Shown here one piece after another: positions 10,277 to 17,373 of a DNA stretch of 64,000 bases. Origin of the DNA: Rhodobacterales bacterium (GTDB lineage Bacteria; Pseudomonadota; Alphaproteobacteria; Rhodobacterales; Rhodobacteraceae). The stretch's first letter is position 1. Every line of letters begins with the position of its first letter. Position numbers and translations under genes: made by a program. Where the stretch lies: NCBI GenBank assembly GCA_038231395.1, contig JBBRLL010000004.1, positions 980 through 64,979 of the forward strand, given 5' to 3'. The notes under the pieces were generated by a model. The model saw only the letters and a list, made by a program, of their open reading frames with translations, did no database searches and was not told the DNA's origin.

Positions 10277-10410
10277 GGGAAATTTTCTGGGAGGTTCAAG
10301 TCAAATATTGCCCCGATGCAGTGCAAAATCAAAAAGATGCTACCGAATCGATTGAGTCGATGATACTGACAATGGTGTTTTTACGGCTTTGAACAAAACA
10401 GGAGGAAAAA

Positions 10411-11049
10411 ATGACTAAGGCACTTTGGCTTGCGGCAGCGGCATTCTTCGCTTTTGCTGGCACCGGACAGGCTGCGACGATCAGCATGATGATTGGCGAC
10501 AACGATGGCTACGGCGAGGGCATTGCGGACAATGCCAACGTTGTAACGATGACAAACTTCCCTGCAGATCAGCGCAGCGCTACCGAAATGGCTGCGACCG
10601 ATGGCTCGGAACAGACCGACATCAACTCTGCCCTTTACGCTCCGGTCAGTTCGACCGCCCTGTTCAAGTTTGCATTCGTCGGCAATCTGACGAACGCCAT
10701 TTTGACCCTTGATATTGGCGGAATTCAGGATGGCGTGTTCGGGTCGTCAACCCTTGCCTCTTTCAATGGCGTGCTTCAGTCGGGTCTTCTGGCGCTGCAA
10801 CAGGGCGTGACCGGGACCAACGTTCTCAATTTCGCGCTGTCCGCCGGGCAACTGGCGCAAGCCAATTCGGATGGTTTCGTCTCGTTGTTTCTGGATCGCA
10901 ACGGCAACAGCGACGCGATTTTCATCGACTATGTGGCTTTGAATGGCAACACGACCTCTGCCGTTCCGGTTCCGGCATCGTTGCCGTTGTTGCTCGCCGG
11001 GATTGGCGGATTGGTGGCCCTGCGTCGCCGCAATCGCGCTGACGTCTGA
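10411..11049 (+). CDS. Secreted protein with a VPLPA-CTERM (PEP-CTERM-like) sorting signal
   Basis: Signal peptide MTKALWLAAAAFFAFAGTGQA. C-terminus AVPVPASLPLLLAGIGGLVALRRRNR, i.e. VPxPA motif, TM helix and Arg cluster. AGGAGG Shine-Dalgarno at 10401-10406. Confidence 0.8.
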   Translation: MTKALWLAAAAFFAFAGTGQAATISMMIGDNDGYGEGIADNANVVTMTNFPADQRSATEMAATDGSEQTDINSALYAPVSSTALFKFAFVGNLTNAILTLDIGGIQDGVFGSSTLASFNGVLQSGLLALQQGVTGTNVLNFALSAGQLAQANSDGFVSLFLDRNGNSDAIFIDYVALNGNTTSAVPVPASLPLLLAGIGGLVALRRRNRADV

Positions 11050-11074
11050 GCGTATATCGCTGAATGACCCAAGA

Positions 11075-11100
11075 AAGGGCACCCGCGTGGTGCCCTTTTT
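11075..11100 (+). terminator. Rho-independent terminator (possibly bidirectional)
   Basis: aagggcacc-cgcgt-ggtgccctt followed by a T tract, with an A-rich run on the left side. It lies between convergent genes. Confidence 0.7.
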
Positions 11101-11136
11101 CCATTGGGGCGCCAAACAGGGCTTTTCCTGCCAAGT

Positions 11137-12645
11137 CTACGCCGCCGCGAAAGGTCCGGATGGGACAGCACGGCTCGCGTGGTTTGCCGGCAAAGAGAAT
11201 GCCGAAAAGGTGTTGTTAATCTGACGCATTGCGTTGTTGATGACATGGGCCCTGTCGTCAATCGCATTCAGGATCCTGGCGATAACCGTGTTGCCGTCGT
11301 GCGGTTGGGTGATTGGCCCGTTGATCCGCAGTCCGGCTTCGCCAATGCGCGCACTTTCAACCCGGCCCATCACGGTGATCGTTGCAAGGCTTAGCATGGC
11401 GCGGCGCAATTCAGCGCTGGCTTCATGGATCTTGTTGGCCATATCCACGGCTTCGGTGAGCGATTGCAAAGCGTTGGCGTGGTAGCGACGCGCCAGCTTT
11501 TCCAGAACATCAATCTCTTTGGCGGAGTTGATACCAGAGCCGTGCCAATCCTCGCGCCGCATAGCCGCAAGCGTTTCAGTCTGCAACTGCGCGCAGGTCA
11601 TCAGGAACACCGCCTGTTCGAAGCGTTCGGACATGCGCTTGCAGAGCGAGGTTTCACCCTGCGAAAACGCACCGAGTTTGCCGAAAATATCTTCGGAAAT
11701 CATCAGGTAGATGTCCGAAATTGCCCCTACCGGCCCGCCAGAAGGTTCCAAGCGGGAGGCGAGGATGCGCATGTTCGTCGGCAGAATGCGCAGGCGTTCA
11801 AAGTCGTTCACCAACGCGTCCTGATCGGCGATCACCTGTGACAGGCTGGTTCTGATGCGGTCCACGTCCGTTTCGGCCGAATTTGCGACGAAGGTTGCGG
11901 CCGCCGCAAACCCGTTTTCTTTGGCAGATTGGGTCAAGGCGCAAGTGCGGGCCGCGGTTTCCTCAGCCAACGCGTGGCGCATGAACTGGCGATAATCCGC
12001 AAAACCCACCTTTCGCAAGGCGGCCAGAAGGCTTGCTTCCGCTGCCTCGACAGACAGGCCAGAGGCTTCGGCGGCGCAAAGATCTGCATAAAGCGGCAGG
12101 GTTGCAGCAAACTGGCTGGACGTCGGCTTGATCCGAACCGAAAGACAGCGTTCGTCGGACGGCAGCAGGATCGCCAGCACCCAGTAGTGCTGCCCATCCG
12201 CGTCCAGGTTGCAGACATAGGCCGCCGCAGGTCGCCTTTCCTTGATCGCCGACCACAGGATGCGGAGCACGGTTTTGGGAGTGGCCGGATGGCGCAACAA
12301 ATTGGGCGGCGCGCCGATCAACTGCGGCCAATCGTATCCCGACACCCTTCGAAACACCGGGTTCGCGGCGACGATGATGCCACGGCTGTCGGTGCGGGCG
12401 TAAAGCAGTTCTCCCACCCCGAAGGACACGTCTGCACTGGCTTTGATGGCTGGGATTTCAATCTGGCTTGCGATCGCACCACTTGGATCAAGAACTGGTA
12501 CAGCACCGTTTAGGCCAAGGTTCCTGACAAAGATTGAGTGGGGTAAGAAATTTTGCCGGGACTTTGGCGCTCTTTGCCACCCTTTGCCGTGTTGCGCCAT
12601 GCCAAGGGTGCTTTCCCTTGTGCGACGGCCCGGGTGGTTTTGCAC
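11137..12645 (-). CDS. Soluble PAS-domain protein with a divergent MCP-like signalling domain (start uncertain)
   Basis: PAS: ARTDSRGIIVAANPVFRRVSGYDWPQLIGAPPNLLRHP...DGQHYWVLAILLP. C-terminal half: LPTNMRILASRLEPSGGPVGAISD and VMGRVESARIGEAGLRING resemble a degenerate MCP hairpin. No TM segments seen. Confidence 0.55.
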   Translation of the reverse strand: MQNHPGRRTRESTLGMAQHGKGWQRAPKSRQNFLPHSIFVRNLGLNGAVPVLDPSGAIASQIEIPAIKASADVSFGVGELLYARTDSRGIIVAANPVFRRVSGYDWPQLIGAPPNLLRHPATPKTVLRILWSAIKERRPAAAYVCNLDADGQHYWVLAILLPSDERCLSVRIKPTSSQFAATLPLYADLCAAEASGLSVEAAEASLLAALRKVGFADYRQFMRHALAEETAARTCALTQSAKENGFAAAATFVANSAETDVDRIRTSLSQVIADQDALVNDFERLRILPTNMRILASRLEPSGGPVGAISDIYLMISEDIFGKLGAFSQGETSLCKRMSERFEQAVFLMTCAQLQTETLAAMRREDWHGSGINSAKEIDVLEKLARRYHANALQSLTEAVDMANKIHEASAELRRAMLSLATITVMGRVESARIGEAGLRINGPITQPHDGNTVIARILNAIDDRAHVINNAMRQINNTFSAFSLPANHASRAVPSGPFAAA

Positions 12646-12675
12646 AGGCCTTTGCAGGGACGCCTTGCGCGGGTT

Positions 12676-13317
12676 TCAGATCAGGCTTTGCAGCCCCACG
12701 ACGGAACCGCCGGCGGCTTCTGCGTCCTCAATGTCGTGGGTGACCAGAAGGGCAGGAATGCCACGGCGGCGGATGTGGTCGAAGGTAAAGGCCCGGATCT
12801 CGTCTTTCAGTCCCGCATTCAGCTTGGCAAAGGGTTCGTCCAGCAACACGGCCAGCGGTTCGGCCAGCAACGTCCGCATCAGGACCGCGCGGGCACGCTG
12901 GCCGCCCGACAGGGTGGCGGGGTCGCGGGTGTATAGGCCGGACAGCCCGGCCTGCTCCAGCGCCTGTTGCACAGCATCGTGGCGTGCGACGCGGCCTTTA
13001 AGCTGGAACGGCAGACCGAAAGCGAGGTTGTCGCCGACGGACAGATGCGGAAACATCAGGGCATCCTGAAACATCAGGCCGATCCGCCGCGCCTCTGCGG
13101 GCAGATTGGTGACGTCGCGGCCGTTCAGGGTGACAGCGCCTTGCAGGCGGAAGCCGTGCGCCAAATGGCCGCCGACGGCATCCAGCAGGGTGGATTTGCC
13201 AACGCCAGACGGACCCATCACCGTGGCCACCTGACCGGGCGGCACATGCAGGCTAAGGGGGGCGAACAGCGGGCCGGTGGCCGTGCTGACGCTAAGGTTG
13301 GTCAGGTCAAGGCTCAT
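12676..13317 (-). CDS. ABC transporter ATP-binding protein (YnjD-like)
   Basis: Walker A GPSGVGKST, signature LSGGQRARAVL, Walker B VLLDEPFA. 4-nt overlap with the upstream permease gene. Confidence 0.85.
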   Translation of the reverse strand: MSLDLTNLSVSTATGPLFAPLSLHVPPGQVATVMGPSGVGKSTLLDAVGGHLAHGFRLQGAVTLNGRDVTNLPAEARRIGLMFQDALMFPHLSVGDNLAFGLPFQLKGRVARHDAVQQALEQAGLSGLYTRDPATLSGGQRARAVLMRTLLAEPLAVLLDEPFAKLNAGLKDEIRAFTFDHIRRRGIPALLVTHDIEDAEAAGGSVVGLQSLI

Positions 13318-15029
13318 GTCCCCGCTCCGGCAAGATCGCTACGGTTGCGGTGGACAAAGGCCGGGATGACGAAGGCCAAAGTATAGAAAGCTAAGGGCAG
13401 GGCCGCTTGCAGGGTGGCGTAAACGCCGGTGACCCGGCGATCAGCACCTGACGACAGTGCCACGGCCTCTGTCGTCAGGGTGGCCACCCGGCCAGCGCCA
13501 ATGAACAGCGTCGGCAAGTATTGCGCCACCGACACCGCACAGCCTACGGCGGCGGCGGTCAACAGGGGGCGCAGCAGGACCGGCAGCTTGACGCGGGCCA
13601 GCCTGCGCCACGGTCCTGCCCCCAAAGCGGCCGCGGTGGCGATCAGCCTTTGGTCTACCGCGCGCCACGGATCCGACAAGGTGATCATCACATAGGGAAA
13701 GACGAACAGGCTTTGCACCCAGACCACGGAAGCGATCCCGCCCGTCATGCCCGGATGCAGGAAAGCGACATTCAGCCCGTACAGAAAGCCGATCTGCGGC
13801 ACCAGCAGCGGCAGATAGATCAGCGCCTCGGCCCAGACGGGGCGCAGGTTGGCAAGAGTCGGGCGGCCTCGATCCTCCCCTTCCAGCCAGCCGATGGCGA
13901 GGATCAGGGACAAGGCAGTGGTCAGCGTGGCGAGGATCAGGGTGTTTGCCAGAGCCGCTGACCACAGGCCAAACGGATCGGTCCAGGCCTGCCACGACCA
14001 ACGCTCTGGCCACAGACGCGGGAACGACCAGCGCCACGTCAGTGACCAGAAGGCCAGTGACAGGATGGCGAAAGCTCCGCCAGCCATCAGCAGCAGGGCC
14101 ATGGCGCTGGCCAGCCACAGGCCCGGTCCGGCGGACAGGCCGCGCCCGCCGCGTCTGATCCACCACAGGCCAATCGGGCGCAGGGCATGTTCCCCCGCCC
14201 AGAAGGCGGCAATCGACAAGGCCACGAGGATTGCCTGTAGTAAAGCGCCGGCGGAGGCGGGCAGGATCAGCGTGGGATCAGGGTTGGCGAACCAGCGCAT
14301 CACCGCCACTGCAAGGGTCGGCGGGTTGGACGGGCCAAGGATGATTGCCATGTCGACGGTGGACAGGGCATAGGTCAGCACCACCCAGACCGGCAGCCGG
14401 ATCAGCGGCCAGATCTGCGGCATGATGATCTTGATCCAGACCAGCCCGCGCCCGTAGCCCAAAGCCCGCCCCGCCGCCATCTGCCGCGCCACGGGGATCT
14501 GGCTTTGCGCTGACAGGATGACCAAAAGCAGGAATGGCACCTCTTTGACCATCAGGCCGATCATCAAAGCCACCCCCCGGCCATCGTGGACGGTGGCGAG
14601 GTCAGGCGGCTGGGTCCACCCCTGAAAGGGGGCTAGGAGGCGCGCGATCCAGCCAGAGGGGGCCATCACAAAGGCCAGTCCCACCGCCATCGCCGCATGG
14701 GGCACCGCAAGGAACGGGGTCAGCAGCCGTGCGGCATAACCGGGCCGCAATCTGCCATGGACGCTGGCGCAAAACCCCACCGCCAGCGCCAGCGACACCA
14801 GGGTGGCGCCAAGCCCGGTCACCAGCGTCAATCCCAGACTGGTGCCAAAGCCGGGAAGGCTGACCAGCCGCCTCCACGGGTCCAGCGACAGGGTGCTTTG
14901 CCCCAGTGCCGGCAATATCCCGAAGGCCGCGAGGAGGGTCTGCCACAATCCCAAAGCGATGGGCGCAACCAGGCCAAGGGCGACCACCCCCGCCACCGCC
15001 ACGCGCAAAGGCCGGCCTTGACGGGTCAC
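13314..15029 (-). CDS. Fused two-domain ABC transporter permease (YnjC-like)
   Basis: 571 aa and highly hydrophobic, with two tandem permease halves. GTG start at 15029. Confidence 0.8.
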   Translation of the reverse strand: MTRQGRPLRVAVAGVVALGLVAPIALGLWQTLLAAFGILPALGQSTLSLDPWRRLVSLPGFGTSLGLTLVTGLGATLVSLALAVGFCASVHGRLRPGYAARLLTPFLAVPHAAMAVGLAFVMAPSGWIARLLAPFQGWTQPPDLATVHDGRGVALMIGLMVKEVPFLLLVILSAQSQIPVARQMAAGRALGYGRGLVWIKIIMPQIWPLIRLPVWVVLTYALSTVDMAIILGPSNPPTLAVAVMRWFANPDPTLILPASAGALLQAILVALSIAAFWAGEHALRPIGLWWIRRGGRGLSAGPGLWLASAMALLLMAGGAFAILSLAFWSLTWRWSFPRLWPERWSWQAWTDPFGLWSAALANTLILATLTTALSLILAIGWLEGEDRGRPTLANLRPVWAEALIYLPLLVPQIGFLYGLNVAFLHPGMTGGIASVVWVQSLFVFPYVMITLSDPWRAVDQRLIATAAALGAGPWRRLARVKLPVLLRPLLTAAAVGCAVSVAQYLPTLFIGAGRVATLTTEAVALSSGADRRVTGVYATLQAALPLAFYTLAFVIPAFVHRNRSDLAGAGT

Positions 15030-15253
15030 CTGCGGCCCGGATTGGTCACGTCGGAGCCAAGTCGTTGACTAGGCCCGGAGCGTTGACGGGAGCCGGAGCG
15101 TTGACCGGAGCCGGAGCGTTGACCGGAGCCGGAGCGTTGACCGGAGCCAGAGCTTTGGCCGGAACCGGCGTGTGGACCGTGGCGAGAACCGGAGCTTTGG
15201 CTTTGGCCGGAGCTTTGGCAAGAGCCGCCTGTCGGTATCACGAGGCTACTCAT
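15026..15253 (-). CDS. Possible 75-aa Ser/Gly/Gln-rich bridging ORF encoded by the 18-nt repeat array (speculative)
   Basis: MSSLVIPTGGSCQSSGQSQSSGSRHGPHAGSGQSSGSGQRSGSGQRSGSGQRSGSRQRSGPSQRLGSDVTNPGRR. Its ATG overlaps the TGA of the upstream binding-protein gene (ATGA), and its TGA overlaps the GTG of the permease gene (GTGA). Confidence 0.3.
   Translation of the reverse strand: MSSLVIPTGGSCQSSGQSQSSGSRHGPHAGSGQSSGSGQRSGSGQRSGSGQRSGSRQRSGPSQRLGSDVTNPGRR
15063..15225. repeat. 18-nt tandem array (gccggagcgttgaccgga, 4 near-perfect copies plus degenerate copies) between the binding-protein and permease genes
   Basis: Read directly: cccggagcgttgacggga / gccggagcgttgaccgga x3 / gccagagctttggccgga, then gccggagctttgg variants. 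Confidence 0.85.
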
Positions 15254-16434
15254 TTGGTGTAACGTTTTGCCCATTCTGCGGTGAGGCGGGTCATCCAGCT
15301 GGCGTGCGGCTCCAGCAGTGTCGGGCCAAGGTCGGCCAAAGTTGGCAATGCGTCTGCCTTTGGCAAAGCGGCGAAAGCGGCTTGGGCAGGCGCATCCAGC
15401 TTGGCCGGGTCCAGCACGGCAAAGCTTCCCAACACCTCAATGTCTTGCATATGGGCTTGGGTGGCGGGGTCCAGAAGGAAGTTGGCCACCACTTCGGCCC
15501 CTTCGGCATGGGCCGCGTTGAACGGGATCGCCACAAAGCTGATATTGCCAATCGAGCCTGCATTGGGCACGAAAACCCGCGTGCTGTCTGGCAAAAGCCC
15601 CTGTTTGATCGAGGCTGCGGCAGAAGCCGGGTCAAACGACATCGAGATATCAACCTCGCCGTCCAGCAAAAGCTGATCCTGCGCCGATTGGTCGGCCGGG
15701 AATGTAGCACCCTTGTGCCAAAGATTGGGCCGCAGCGCGTCATACCAAGCCCAGAGGGGGGCTGTCGCTGTCGCAAAGGCCGCATCGGTGACAGGCTTTT
15801 GCAAGGCGGCGGGGTCAGGGGTCAGTTCGATCAGCGCTTGTTTGAGGAAGGTCGCCCCCATGAAATTCGACGGGTCCGGATGGGTGAAGCGGCCCGGATG
15901 GGCAGCGGCCCAGGCTGCCAGTCCGGTCATGGTATTGGGCGGGTTGGGCACTTTGGCCTGATCATAGGTGAAGACGAATTTCGCCAGCCGCCACGGGCTT
16001 TCCATCCCCTCAACGGCTTCGGTAAAATCGACCGAAGCGGCGGACGAGACGCCAAGGTCCAGATATTTCGCGTTTGGCATCTCGGCCACAAAGGGCGCAT
16101 GCAACAGGCCCTGCTGCTTCATCGCCAGAAAGTTCGGCCCATTGATCCAGATCAGATCGACCGAACCGCCCGTGGTCTGGCCCGCCGCTTTCTCTGCGAT
16201 CACCCGGGTTACAGCCTCTGCCGTATCGGCAAGCTTCACCTGCTGGATTTTGACGCCGTACAAAGCCTCGGTCTGCGTGCTGGCCCAGGCGATGAAAGCG
16301 TTGGTGCGGGCGTCGCCGCCCCAGGCGTTCCAGTAGACGGTCTGGCCTTTGGCGGCGGTCAAGGTGGCCTGCCAATCGGCGAGGGCGGGGGTGGCAACGG
16401 TCAAAGCAACAAAAGCAAGGATCAGACGTTTCAT
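15250..16434 (-). CDS. ABC transporter periplasmic substrate-binding protein (YnjB-like)
   Basis: Signal peptide MKRLILAFVALTVATPALA, then DWQATLTAAKGQTVYWNAWGGD. I trimmed the start from 16554. ATGA overlap with the upstream CDP-alcohol phosphatidyltransferase stop. Confidence 0.8.
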   Translation of the reverse strand: MKRLILAFVALTVATPALADWQATLTAAKGQTVYWNAWGGDARTNAFIAWASTQTEALYGVKIQQVKLADTAEAVTRVIAEKAAGQTTGGSVDLIWINGPNFLAMKQQGLLHAPFVAEMPNAKYLDLGVSSAASVDFTEAVEGMESPWRLAKFVFTYDQAKVPNPPNTMTGLAAWAAAHPGRFTHPDPSNFMGATFLKQALIELTPDPAALQKPVTDAAFATATAPLWAWYDALRPNLWHKGATFPADQSAQDQLLLDGEVDISMSFDPASAAASIKQGLLPDSTRVFVPNAGSIGNISFVAIPFNAAHAEGAEVVANFLLDPATQAHMQDIEVLGSFAVLDPAKLDAPAQAAFAALPKADALPTLADLGPTLLEPHASWMTRLTAEWAKRYTK

Positions 16435-17201
16435 GGGCGCTCCAAAGGGTGGGAAAAGGCGGTCCAGCCCTGATGCCAGCGCAACAGGGTGGTGACACAA
16501 CAGGCGGCGGCGAACAGATAGGCAAGGATCGGGAAAGCGATTGGGATCAGGCACATCAGAGTGAAGACGGCGATCGTCTCGGCCCCTTCAGTCAGGCCGC
16601 CAAGGTAGTAGATGCCTTTGGCGGGGTAATCGGCGGCGGTGGTGCCGCGCAAAGCGGCTATGGTGGCGAAGGCCAGAAAAGATGACCCCGTGCCAACAAA
16701 AGAGGTGATAAGAACCGCTGCGGCAAGAGCGTTATTGAAGGGATCAGCAAGGGCAAAGCCAAGGGGGAACAGCGCGTAGAACATGAAATCCAGCGCCACA
16801 TCCAGAAAAGCGCCGCGATCTGAGGGCACCCGACCGGGAAGTCCTTGGCCAGATGTTGCGGGGTCCGCCGCTCCGCTATCTGCCGCTTGGCCCGACAGCG
16901 CTTGGCCCGACAGCGCTTGGCTGGACACCCGCCAGGCAGCCGCCCCATGATCCAAAGCCTGCCGACCATTGCCCACCGAAGCGCGCGCCACCTCGCCGTC
17001 CAGACCATCTGCAAGCCGGTTCAACAGCAAAAACATCAGCGCCAGACCATGTGCCCCGAACGCCAAAGCAGGAACCGCCAAAGCCCCCACCACAAACCCG
17101 CCAATCGAGATATGGTCGGCTTGCACACCCAACCGCGCCAGAACATGTGCCGGGGGGGCCAGCAGTTGACGTTGCAGGGGCAGCAAGCGGGCGTCGATCA
17201 T
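16431..17201 (-). CDS. CDP-alcohol phosphatidyltransferase family membrane protein (YnjF-like) with a low-complexity insertion
   Basis: DGLDGEVAR ... GAFLDVALD matches D-x2-D-G-x2-A-R ... G-x3-D-x3-D, but with 56 residues where the canonical motif has 8. Several TM segments. Confidence 0.8.
   Translation of the reverse strand: MIDARLLPLQRQLLAPPAHVLARLGVQADHISIGGFVVGALAVPALAFGAHGLALMFLLLNRLADGLDGEVARASVGNGRQALDHGAAAWRVSSQALSGQALSGQAADSGAADPATSGQGLPGRVPSDRGAFLDVALDFMFYALFPLGFALADPFNNALAAAVLITSFVGTGSSFLAFATIAALRGTTAADYPAKGIYYLGGLTEGAETIAVFTLMCLIPIAFPILAYLFAAACCVTTLLRWHQGWTAFSHPLERP
16884..16928. repeat. 15-nt in-frame tandem repeat (cgcttggcccgacag x2 plus a degenerate third copy) inside the CDP-alcohol phosphatidyltransferase gene
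   Basis: Read directly. It encodes QALSG-QALSG within the insertion that splits the catalytic motif. Confidence 0.8.
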
Positions 17202-17373
17202 CCGCGCCTCCGATCCGGATAAGCTTCGCCGGGTTGGGCTGACGCTATGAAGGCCAAGGTCGCCAGTGGCCGCAGGTTTGTGCGGTTCACGAGGCTTTGC
17301 GCATAGCGTGTTGAATAAAGGTGCCCGTCGCGGTCCGACTCCGGCGTTGCAGACAATGGCAGGTTTGCCCCGG

